Virus record (IMG/VR): IMGVR_UViG_3300030372_003518
From: an uncultured virus (IMG/VR IMGVR_UViG_3300030372_003518)
Taxonomy: Duplodnaviria > Heunggongvirae > Uroviricota > Caudoviricetes
Direction: 5' to 3' (one strand)
Length of the DNA stretch: 64,000 nucleotides
Shown piece after piece: positions 7,864 through 14,749 of this stretch. Within the stretch, counting starts at the first letter, position 1; every line of letters begins with the position of its first letter. The notes below the pieces were generated by a model. That model saw only the letters and a list, made by a program, of their open reading frames with translations, was not told the origin of the DNA and did no database searches. A program made the position numbers and the translations under genes.

Positions 7864-7970
7864 TTATGTATCGGGAGAGGTGGCACGGGTGGACTCAAAA
7901 GAAAGCCCAAATAAAGACAAGAGAGTGGGTTAAATCACTCTCTGACGCTGACGCCAAGCGTTTGAATATT
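7855..7970 (+). ncRNA. unassigned structured RNA in a ribozyme slot
   Basis: GGGT/GCCC, AGAGAGTGG/TCACTCTCT and ACGCT/AGCGT stems; possible pseudoknots TGGC/GCCA and TCAA/TTGA. Confidence 0.5.
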
Positions 7971-8001
7971 AATAAAGAATTAACTATTAAAAAATTAAAA
8001 A

Positions 8002-8211
8002 ATGAGTAAATCAAATTCAGAAATTTCGCAGTTTGGCGGGAAAGTATATACTGAAAAAAATACTACCCCTCAACAAAGACAATATATAATCCGAAAATAC
8101 GCACATCAACATTGTAAAGAGTTTAAAATCGAATTGCGTAAGGGTTATGACTTTGCCGAGACAATTACGCCAAACGGCACACGGGGAATTTCAATTAAAA
8201 AAGTAAAATAA
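8002..8211 (+). CDS. early hypothetical protein
   Basis: 69 aa with an A-rich TIR. Confidence 0.75.
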   Translation: MSKSNSEISQFGGKVYTEKNTTPQQRQYIIRKYAHQHCKEFKIELRKGYDFAETITPNGTRGISIKKVK

Positions 8212-8384
8212 TGGATAAATTTATAATCAATAAATATGTATTTGAAGCAATCGAGCATTTAGAAAGTATTGAAACACAAGAATGCGAAGAAACTGAAAAT
8301 TCAATTTACAAAGCTGAAAAGCTATTGGAGAAAATTCATTTAGAGTTATTTCCAAATCGTTTGAGCGATTCAAAACCACATTAA
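8211..8384 (+). CDS. small early protein (57 aa); 3' end overlaps pistol 5
   Basis: Hand-translated MDKFIINKYV...RLSDSKPH; TAATG coupling to the upstream ORF. Confidence 0.7.
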   Translation: MDKFIINKYVFEAIEHLESIETQECEETENSIYKAEKLLEKIHLELFPNRLSDSKPH

Positions 8385-8423
8385 GCTCAAAGCGTCCACT
8401 CTGTTTAAACAGGGTGGGGTTGT
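8355..8423 (+). ncRNA. pistol ribozyme 5
   Basis: AATCG/CGATT; TTTGAG/CTCAAA; P2 ACA/TGT; core intact; predicted cut 8419/8420. Confidence 0.9.
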
Positions 8424-8444
8424 TTAACTTTAAAAACTAAAATT

Positions 8445-8612
8445 ATGAACGATTTGTTATCACAAGATAAATTTGATGAGTATGTTGCCGTGCAAAAGAG
8501 TGGACTTTATAATATGTTCGACCCTAATGCTAGAGCAATGACAAGTTTATCTAAAGACGAATGGGTGCATATTATACGCAATTACAATGCGTATGACAAA
8601 GCATACTCATAA
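8445..8612 (+). CDS. small early protein (55 aa), DUF5049-like
   Basis: Hand-translated; VQKSGLYNMFD resembles the DUF5049 motif as recalled. Confidence 0.65.
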   Translation: MNDLLSQDKFDEYVAVQKSGLYNMFDPNARAMTSLSKDEWVHIIRNYNAYDKAYS

Positions 8613-8685
8613 GTGGACTATGCCACTCTAAAGAGACATTAAGCATAGAGCGTAAAGGGGGTGTTTAAACATCTCCTTTGGTTGT
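8612..8685 (+). ncRNA. pistol ribozyme 6
   Basis: AGTGG/CCACT; CTATG/CATAG; ACA/TGT; core intact; predicted cut 8681/8682. Confidence 0.9.
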
Positions 8686-8705
8686 ATAACTAAAAATTAA
8701 AAATT

Positions 8706-9155
8706 ATGAAAATCACTTACAATAAAGAGGAAAAACTTCAGTTAATACGCTATCTTTTTTGCACTAATCACGACTATTTTAGAGAGAATTATTTGCTCTT
8801 AGATTGGAACGAAAAAGATTATAAAGCAAGCAAAACTCGTAAAGACAAAAGTTACGAAGACACTCTTTTAAATATGCTCAAAAATGGGTATGAAATAATC
8901 TTACAAGATGATTATGTCCCTGAAGACGAAGAGGGCGAAATTGTTGCTCGATTTAATCTCAAAGAATTGTTTAATAATCTTGATAATCCTCAAATTGATG
9001 ACAATTATTACTCCTCACTAGAAAGTTTTAGTGATGAATTATTATCAGTAATGCTTAGCATAAATAAGGATTATGATACTAATTGGGATTCGGTAACAAT
9101 GACACGAATTGCGTCCGTTCTCTTTTATCACGAAAATACTTGGACACGAAAGTAA
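8706..9155 (+). CDS. early hypothetical protein
   Basis: 149 aa; stop codon lies inside hammerhead stem I. Confidence 0.8.
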   Translation: MKITYNKEEKLQLIRYLFCTNHDYFRENYLLLDWNEKDYKASKTRKDKSYEDTLLNMLKNGYEIILQDDYVPEDEEGEIVARFNLKELFNNLDNPQIDDNYYSSLESFSDELLSVMLSINKDYDTNWDSVTMTRIASVLFYHENTWTRK

Positions 9156-9218
9156 ATCTGATGAGGTCTTATAGACCGAAACTAGAGGGCGTTTAAACAA
9201 TGCCCCTAGTCATTTACT
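9151..9218 (+). ncRNA. hammerhead ribozyme 1 (type I)
   Basis: AGTAAAT-CTGATGA-GGTC/GACC-GAAA-stem III-GTC-ATTTACT; predicted cut after C9211. Confidence 0.95.
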
Positions 9219-9235
9219 AACTTAAAACTAAAATT

Positions 9236-9418
9236 ATGACAAATTTACAAATAACATTTACTCAAGAAGAGCTTGAAAACTTACGGCATTTACTTATGAC
9301 AATAGAAATGTTGGGTGCATTACCTAAAAGTATTCTTGATAAATACGATTTAGACGGGGATAAAATTAGTAGTATATCTACCGCTATAAATAATCAAATT
9401 ATATATTGTGTAAAGTAA
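9236..9418 (+). CDS. early hypothetical protein
   Basis: 60 aa between hammerheads. Confidence 0.75.
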   Translation: MTNLQITFTQEELENLRHLLMTIEMLGALPKSILDKYDLDGDKISSISTAINNQIIYCVK

Positions 9419-9488
9419 ATCTGATGAGACCTATAATACATAGAAAGGTCGAAACGGGGAAGTTGTTTAAACAACCCCGTCATTTACT
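9414..9488 (+). ncRNA. hammerhead ribozyme 2 (type I)
   Basis: CTGATGA-GACCT/AGGTC-GAAA-CGGGG/CCCCG-TC; stem I AGTAAAT/ATTTACT; predicted cut after C9481. Confidence 0.95.
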
Positions 9489-9505
9489 AACTAAAAATTA
9501 AAATT

Positions 9506-9619
9506 ATGACAAAATCTGAACAATTTGATTTCTTTCATACTATGCTTCAATATATTGAAGACCAAGCGTATGACGGGTGTGAAATAGCTAAAGAATTAAG
9601 TGAGAGATACTACAAGTAA
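9506..9619 (+). CDS. small early protein (37 aa)
   Basis: Hand-translated MTKSEQFDFF...SERYYK; conserved leader. Confidence 0.7.
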   Translation: MTKSEQFDFFHTMLQYIEDQAYDGCEIAKELSERYYK

Positions 9620-9682
9620 ATCTGATGAGTCCTAGTGGGACGAAAATAAGAGAGCGTTTAAACATTCTCTTATTCATTTACT
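9615..9682 (+). ncRNA. hammerhead ribozyme 3 (type I)
   Basis: CTGATGA-GTCC/GGAC-GAAA-stem III-TTC; predicted cut after C9675. Confidence 0.95.
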
Positions 9683-9702
9683 AATAACTAAAAACTAAAA
9701 TT

Positions 9703-9972
9703 ATGGAAGATTATATAAAATTTGGGTTTGAAACCCAAAAAGAGTGGGACGCTCTCTCTGATATAGAAAAAAGAGATGAAGCGTATGAATATTACCTAGA
9801 TAGAAGTTTGTATGATTTAGGAGATAACGGCTTACTAGAGGGTTGGTATCAAGATATTCACGACGCTATGTCAAGAAATTCTGTCCCCGAAGAAATTAAA
9901 CAAAGAGTATTTCAAACAATTGATTCGGGACACGGAATAGGCAAAGGCAGTTTCACTCGTAAACAATTCTAA
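9703..9972 (+). CDS. early hypothetical protein
   Basis: 89 aa. Confidence 0.8.
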   Translation: MEDYIKFGFETQKEWDALSDIEKRDEAYEYYLDRSLYDLGDNGLLEGWYQDIHDAMSRNSVPEEIKQRVFQTIDSGHGIGKGSFTRKQF

Positions 9973-10035
9973 GTAAATCTGATGAGTCTTTATGAGACGA
10001 AAGGGAGAATGTTTAAACATTCTCCCTCATTTACT
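9972..10035 (+). ncRNA. hammerhead ribozyme 4 (type I)
   Basis: CTGATGA-GTCT/AGAC-GAAA-GGGAGAATGTTTAAACATTCTCCC-TC; predicted cut after C10028. Confidence 0.95.
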
Positions 10036-10052
10036 AACTTAAAACTAAAATT

Positions 10053-10373
10053 ATGAATAAATCAAATATATATATTAAAGAACAAATAGTAACCACAAAG
10101 CTAATCGGAAAGGTTGGCGTAGATAGTGGGACAATTTGGATAGGCGACCCTTGTTACATTTTATCAGGTGAAAGACCAAAAGCACTCGGTAAAGATTGGA
10201 GTGAATTAGGTCATAAAACATTTAAGGACGGCAAGTGTCAACTACCTATATCATTTAACTTTGATATGGGACACGAAGGACTCGGTGTTATGAGTTCTAC
10301 CAAATATGGAGACGGGGTATATCCCGTATATATGGTTGGAGATAATGACGGAATGTATATAGATTTCACTTAA
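10053..10373 (+). CDS. DUF4241-like protein
   Basis: VGVDSGTIWIGDPCY and YGDGVYPVY motifs. Confidence 0.65.
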   Translation: MNKSNIYIKEQIVTTKLIGKVGVDSGTIWIGDPCYILSGERPKALGKDWSELGHKTFKDGKCQLPISFNFDMGHEGLGVMSSTKYGDGVYPVYMVGDNDGMYIDFT

Positions 10374-10392
10374 TAAATCATTATTTGAAAGA

Positions 10393-10467
10393 AAGTCGTC
10401 TGCACGACTTTAAAGAGACATTAGGTGCAGAGCGTAGAGAGAGTGTTTAAACATTCTCTCTGGTTGT
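10393..10467 (+). ncRNA. pistol ribozyme 7
   Basis: AAGTCG/CGACTT; TCTGCA/TGCAGA; TTAGG (A32G variant); GCGT; GGT; ACA/TGT; predicted cut 10463/10464. Confidence 0.9.
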
Positions 10468-10486
10468 TTAACTTAAAACTATAATT

Positions 10487-10792
10487 ATGAAAATAAATAA
10501 CGAAAAAATAGAAAAAATACATATAAAATCAATTGAAGCCGAGCCACTTATTAAGAGGTTTCAACAAGAAGAAATTGAAAATGAAAGTTTACTGCAAAGT
10601 TTTGATGAGGAGTTATGCGACCTTATGGAAAAATATATAGATGTAAACCACAAGTATAGAGATTGTATGCCCTTTTTTGATGATAAGGATATTGTTGAGG
10701 ATTTTAATTATGCCTTAAACATATTACAAAGATTAATAAAAGAAACTTATAAAAAAGGGGTCATTAAAGAAGATACCATATTAGGAGAATAA
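10487..10792 (+). CDS. early hypothetical protein
   Basis: 101 aa. Confidence 0.8.
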   Translation: MKINNEKIEKIHIKSIEAEPLIKRFQQEEIENESLLQSFDEELCDLMEKYIDVNHKYRDCMPFFDDKDIVEDFNYALNILQRLIKETYKKGVIKEDTILGE

Positions 10793-10808
10793 TTTAAAAG
10801 TAAATAAA

Positions 10809-10871
10809 GTAATTCTGATGAGGATTCAATATCCGAAAATAAGGGTTGTTTAAACGCCCTTATTAAATTAC
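10809..10871 (+). ncRNA. hammerhead ribozyme 5 (type I)
   Basis: GTAATT/AATTAC stem I (compensatory change relative to HH1-4); CTGATGA-GGAT/ATCC-GAAA; TTA triplet; predicted cut after A10865. Confidence 0.92.
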
Positions 10872-10889
10872 AAACTTAAAACTATAATT

Positions 10890-11273
10890 ATGAAAAATGA
10901 TTTTAATAGCACGGACTCAACAACAAATGTTGCCGTGCTAGAGGACAAAAAATGGGTTATGCTCGGACAAGAGGATACCGATTTTGATAGCTCAGCTACC
11001 TACGGAGATAAAAACACTTTGGTATGTGATAAATTAGATACCGAAGACGGATACGAAGTATGGTGGTTGCACACTTACGATAAGAATGACATTGAGCCTG
11101 ACGAAATGTTGAGCGATGAGCATTCTTATATGGAAGAAGTAGAGGATTGTTTAAAAGAAATGACTGACCGATACGGACAAGCTATAAATAAAGTTATCAA
11201 TTACACGATTGAGGTAGATGACTTTAAAGAAATGGTCAACCAAGCTAATGAGATATTAGCAGAGGTTGATTAA
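10890..11273 (+). CDS. highly acidic early protein
   Basis: 127 aa, D/E-rich. Confidence 0.8.
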   Translation: MKNDFNSTDSTTNVAVLEDKKWVMLGQEDTDFDSSATYGDKNTLVCDKLDTEDGYEVWWLHTYDKNDIEPDEMLSDEHSYMEEVEDCLKEMTDRYGQAINKVINYTIEVDDFKEMVNQANEILAEVD

Positions 11274-11292
11274 TTTTTAGTTTATAAGTGAG

Positions 11293-11329
11293 AAAAGAGG
11301 GGGTGTTTAAACATCTCCTCTTTTTTTTT
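11293..11329 (+). terminator. intrinsic terminator closing the ribozyme operon
   Basis: AAAAGAGGGGGTGTTTAAACATCTCCTC followed by 9 T. Confidence 0.85.
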
Positions 11330-11362
11330 GTCTAAAAATTAGGAATATTAAAATATTATCAC

Positions 11363-11370
11363 TAGATTTA
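11363..11370 (+). promoter_or_regulatory. putative -7 promoter element
   Basis: TAGATTTA(C) after the terminator; preceded by AAATATTATC, as is the element at 15108. Confidence 0.45.
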
Positions 11371-11396
11371 CAAAAGTTAATCAAAATAATAACTAA

Positions 11397-11588
11397 ATGT
11401 TCATTGAAATGCTGAGACTAATAAGAGGAAAGATTAAAAGGGTGTTTGCCAAAAGGGAAATATCTTATGCCTAATTAACATAATACGCTTTCAGTGGGTT
11501 GCAACAATAAAATTAGGGACGCCTTTAATAAAATGTAATTCGCTTCACAACATAAACGGGTAACGCCGTCTTATTAGTTTCGGTTTTT
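11397..11588 (+). ncRNA. structured RNA/leader overlapping a 25-aa ORF (11397-11474)
   Basis: 16-bp closing stem 11411-11426/11569-11584; CCTAATT/AATTAGG; pseudoknot CATTGAAA/TTTCAGTG. Confidence 0.55.
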
Positions 11589-11603
11589 CATTAAAAATAA
11601 AAT

Positions 11604-12164
11604 ATGAAAAAAATATTATATCACGGGACAAGCACAAAGTATCTTGACAAGATATTAAAGAAAGGACTGACCCCTCGCAAGAGTTTGGGTGTTAAGTCTA
11701 ATTGGGACGCAGAGTCAAGAGACGATATGATTTATTTAACGAGTGCATACGCACCTTACTTTGCACAAGCGTGTGTGGGGTCGAATGGTGGAGACCCGCT
11801 CGTATTAGAAGTCGAAGTAGAGAGCGACAACCTCTACCCTGACGAAGATTTCTTAGAACAATACTTACGCAATAAACATATTACTAAGGGAGATATATAT
11901 GAGAGAACAAAGTTTTATAAAGATAACTTGGAAGTGTTTAAACACTATACTAAAAAGAGTTTAAACGGACTCGGTAATGCGTGTCATAAAGGAATTATAG
12001 ACCCAAAAAGAATACGAAGATATGTAGTGTTGGACGCTAGTAAGATAATAATGTATAGCGACCCGACAATAACAAGAGCGAACTATATGTTACTTGGACA
12101 TCATTACAACGAGATATGTAGCGAGTATATATGGAACACTAAAGAAGTCCAATTAAATAAATAA
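11604..12164 (+). CDS. ADP-ribosyltransferase-fold protein (Tpt1/KptA NAD-binding-lobe-like)
   Basis: LYHGTS...ILKKGLTP...IYLTS...PLVLEV motifs. Confidence 0.65.
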   Translation: MKKILYHGTSTKYLDKILKKGLTPRKSLGVKSNWDAESRDDMIYLTSAYAPYFAQACVGSNGGDPLVLEVEVESDNLYPDEDFLEQYLRNKHITKGDIYERTKFYKDNLEVFKHYTKKSLNGLGNACHKGIIDPKRIRRYVVLDASKIIMYSDPTITRANYMLLGHHYNEICSEYIWNTKEVQLNK

Positions 12165-12175
12165 AATATGTAGCT

Positions 12176-12328
12176 ATGCAGATTGATTTAAAAGAAGTAA
12201 TTCAAAAGCTCAGAGACCTAAGAGACAACACTCCGTGTGTAGAGGATTCTCATACGCATTGTGGGTGTGAGAAATTTGATGAAATAATAGATGACTTAAT
12301 AAGAATACATTATGCAGATAAATTCTAA
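12176..12328 (+). CDS. small hypothetical protein (50 aa)
   Basis: Hand-translated MQIDLKEVIQ...HYADKF with Cys/His residues. Confidence 0.5.
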   Translation: MQIDLKEVIQKLRDLRDNTPCVEDSHTHCGCEKFDEIIDDLIRIHYADKF

Positions 12329-12494
12329 ACAAATAAAAAAGATAGTAAAGGAGATAGAGCGTTTAAACGCTCTCCCGATAAATCTTGTTGACTCTCCAAA
12401 GAGAGAAGTCAGGAAGATTGACAACCTATACTCTATGCAAGTATGGGCAATGGAAGAATTGTGGAAAGCATTAGAGATTAATAAAAATAAATAA
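12312..12494 (+). CDS. hypothetical protein
   Basis: 60 aa, on the operon strand. Confidence 0.55.
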   Translation: MQINSKQIKKIVKEIERLNALPINLVDSPKREVRKIDNLYSMQVWAMEELWKALEINKNK

Positions 12495-12604
12495 TGGGAA
12501 AAGGTAAGCAAAGGCACGAGACTAAAAGGGCGATACGCTTAACTTGGGGTAACCGAATCGTTGACACTCAAGACTTTTTCCTTTTTTAAAAAACAACTAA
12601 AACT

Positions 12605-12871
12605 ATGGAAAACTTAATAAAAAAACTAGATAAATGTAATACTAAAATTCAGTTTAGAATTATGTGCGACCAAAAAGATTATAAAAAATATCTTGAAGAT
12701 ACTGATGTATATTACAACATACACCCACAAGAATTAATTGATTTAAACTCTACCTTAGAAATATTAGACAAAAATAATGTTAACTACGATTTGGTATTAG
12801 AGAGATTTATTGAGGACAAACAAGACATTCAATACGATTGGATAGAAGAAAGAAATAACCTAAACAACTAA
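12605..12871 (+). CDS. hypothetical protein
   Basis: AACAACTAAAACTATG leader. Confidence 0.8.
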   Translation: MENLIKKLDKCNTKIQFRIMCDQKDYKKYLEDTDVYYNIHPQELIDLNSTLEILDKNNVNYDLVLERFIEDKQDIQYDWIEERNNLNN

Positions 12872-12875
12872 AACT

Positions 12876-13052
12876 ATGGAAAAATTAACAAAGGAACAAG
12901 TATTCAAATATGCAATGTGGGTATATCACGAATGCGATAGCCCTATATCTGAAATAGAATGGTTGGCTCAACAAATACTTGACACCCACAATGATAAAAA
13001 AGTAATCATACAAGATTTTACTGAAAATGTAAACGAATTATTAAACAACTAA
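12876..13052 (+). CDS. hypothetical protein (58 aa)
   Basis: Hand-translated MEKLTKEQVF...NELLNN; same leader. Confidence 0.75.
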   Translation: MEKLTKEQVFKYAMWVYHECDSPISEIEWLAQQILDTHNDKKVIIQDFTENVNELLNN

Positions 13053-13056
13053 AACT

Positions 13057-13269
13057 ATGGGAAAAAAACAAATTAAATATGCAATATATTTTAACTATCA
13101 AAAAGCGTGTTGGGGGACTGCACCAAGACAATTTGAAGCAATAACTAACAACCCTGAGAAGTGGTTAGAGGAGCATAATGAAAGCCGAATAGCTGAAGGA
13201 AATGAAGCTGAAGAATTATGGATGTTCGACATAGAAGAAGTAGGGGCAGAATATATTTATAAAGATTAA
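13057..13269 (+). CDS. hypothetical protein
   Basis: 70 aa; same leader. Confidence 0.8.
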   Translation: MGKKQIKYAIYFNYQKACWGTAPRQFEAITNNPEKWLEEHNESRIAEGNEAEELWMFDIEEVGAEYIYKD

Positions 13270-13273
13270 AACT

Positions 13274-13468
13274 ATGGAACAAAAAGTATATATAATAGAT
13301 GTAAGTTATGATGATTTTCAATTTCCTGACTTAAAAGCAAGCGGGTCATTAGAGGAGTTTATGGACATAGCGGAAAGTCAGGGGAATGTGTATTCACTTA
13401 ATGGATTCGCTAAAGCATTTAACGAGGGAAGAATAAACTCCCACACCGATATAATAAGAATAATTTAA
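13274..13468 (+). CDS. hypothetical protein
   Basis: 64 aa; TAAAACTATG junction. Confidence 0.8.
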   Translation: MEQKVYIIDVSYDDFQFPDLKASGSLEEFMDIAESQGNVYSLNGFAKAFNEGRINSHTDIIRII

Positions 13469-13480
13469 ACAACTAAAACT

Positions 13481-13636
13481 ATGGAATTAAAACAAACTGA
13501 TGAAGAACAATATTATGAAAACAATGTTTATAATATTATGTATTTAATACGAGATGTATTAACTCACGAAGATATAATTGAAATTAAAAAATTCATTGAT
13601 GACCAAATTGAAGAAAGAGATATACAACCCTTTTAA
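13481..13636 (+). CDS. hypothetical protein, paralogue A
   Basis: Hand-translated MELKQTDEEQYYENNVYNIMYLIRDVLT... (51 aa). Confidence 0.75.
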   Translation: MELKQTDEEQYYENNVYNIMYLIRDVLTHEDIIEIKKFIDDQIEERDIQPF

Positions 13637-13646
13637 AACTAAAACT

Positions 13647-13859
13647 ATGAAGCTAAATAAATATATAAAAGAACAAGCACAAGAGTTTAATCAACTTTTT
13701 GAAAAAAATAAAGAAGATTGTTTGGTTGATTACATTGTAGATATTGCAACTGAAATAGCAAGTATAAATGACTTATATGATTCACAAGAAGAATGGTTAA
13801 GTGATGAAAATAGAAGAAAAGCGTATGATAAAGCATACGAAATAATTGATATAAACTAA
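13647..13859 (+). CDS. hypothetical protein
   Basis: Start reassigned to the ATG after AACTAAAACT. Confidence 0.75.
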   Translation: MKLNKYIKEQAQEFNQLFEKNKEDCLVDYIVDIATEIASINDLYDSQEEWLSDENRRKAYDKAYEIIDIN

Positions 13860-13863
13860 AACT

Positions 13864-14070
13864 ATGAATGCAAATAAATTAAAAAAGTTTCTTTTAGATT
13901 TAGAAAAAGAAATTAAACCTTATAACAGAACATTAAAAGATGTAGATGTTAATTTCAGATACTCTGAAAATTCAGATGTTTATAAAGTCAATTCAATAGA
14001 GAATGATTTATATGATTCAGAATATAATAAAATAGTAGAAAGCATAATATTTAAACACTTAAACAATTAA
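13864..14070 (+). CDS. hypothetical protein
   Basis: 68 aa; same junction motif. Confidence 0.75.
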   Translation: MNANKLKKFLLDLEKEIKPYNRTLKDVDVNFRYSENSDVYKVNSIENDLYDSEYNKIVESIIFKHLNN

Positions 14071-14074
14071 AACT

Positions 14075-14239
14075 ATGGAACTAAAACAAACTGATGAAGA
14101 ACAATTTATTGAGAATAGTATTTTCAATATTCACTATTTAATACGAGATGTATTAACATACAAACAACTCTTAGGTATAAGAGATTTTTTAAATGAAATT
14201 ATTGATGAAAAAGTCAGTAATGGATATACTGAAAACTAA
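14075..14239 (+). CDS. hypothetical protein, paralogue B
   Basis: Hand-translated MELKQTDEEQFIENSIFNIHYLIRDVLT... (54 aa). Confidence 0.75.
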   Translation: MELKQTDEEQFIENSIFNIHYLIRDVLTYKQLLGIRDFLNEIIDEKVSNGYTEN

Positions 14240-14243
14240 AGCT

Positions 14244-14402
14244 ATGGAAGAAAAACACGCAATTAGGATATTAGATGAGGCATATAGTAGTGTTATGTCT
14301 TTGGTCAGAAGTGATGATGACCACGAAACTATTAATCTAATACAACCAATCCTAGACAAGATTGATGAGATTCAAAACGATATAGAAAACCTAAACAACT
14401 AA
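14244..14402 (+). CDS. hypothetical protein
   Basis: Start reassigned to MEEKHAIR after AACTAAAGCT. Confidence 0.7.
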   Translation: MEEKHAIRILDEAYSSVMSLVRSDDDHETINLIQPILDKIDEIQNDIENLNN

Positions 14403-14406
14403 AACT

Positions 14407-14577
14407 ATGAAACAAAAAAGAATAGATAATTGGGGGGTGTTTGTGGAAAACGAACAACTAGAAACTTATGAAATAAGATTACCCCAAAAGTTAGCCCAAA
14501 AGGTGTGGGACTTTATAGAGAACTCCGATAAACACGATTTAATAGGAGAGAATACAAATGGAAACTTAAATTGGTAA
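14407..14577 (+). CDS. hypothetical protein (56 aa)
   Basis: Hand-translated; conserved leader. Confidence 0.7.
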   Translation: MKQKRIDNWGVFVENEQLETYEIRLPQKLAQKVWDFIENSDKHDLIGENTNGNLNW

Positions 14578-14581
14578 AACT

Positions 14582-14746
14582 ATGGAAATAAAAAAATATT
14601 CAAGAAAGTATTACGAGTATATAGAGAAAAAAATACTACCAAATGAAGATGTTAAAGTGCAACTTCAATATTATAATGGAGAAATCGGTTATGATGAAGA
14701 TTATGTAAAGGAACATTTAGAGAACAATAACATAAAATTAATTTAA
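14582..14746 (+). CDS. hypothetical protein (54 aa)
   Basis: Hand-translated; TAAAACTATG junction. Confidence 0.7.
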   Translation: MEIKKYSRKYYEYIEKKILPNEDVKVQLQYYNGEIGYDEDYVKEHLENNNIKLI

Positions 14747-14749
14747 ACT

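Noticed and set aside
6362..10871. Regularly spaced repeats as a CRISPR array or integron attC sites
   Set aside because: The spacers are ORFs of variable length, the repeats conserve ribozyme structure rather than sequence, and no cas or integron integrase gene is present
13495..14105. CTGATGA words at ~13497 and ~14091 as extra hammerheads
   Set aside because: They encode T-D-E in the paralogous ORFs; no stem II, GAAA or stem III follows
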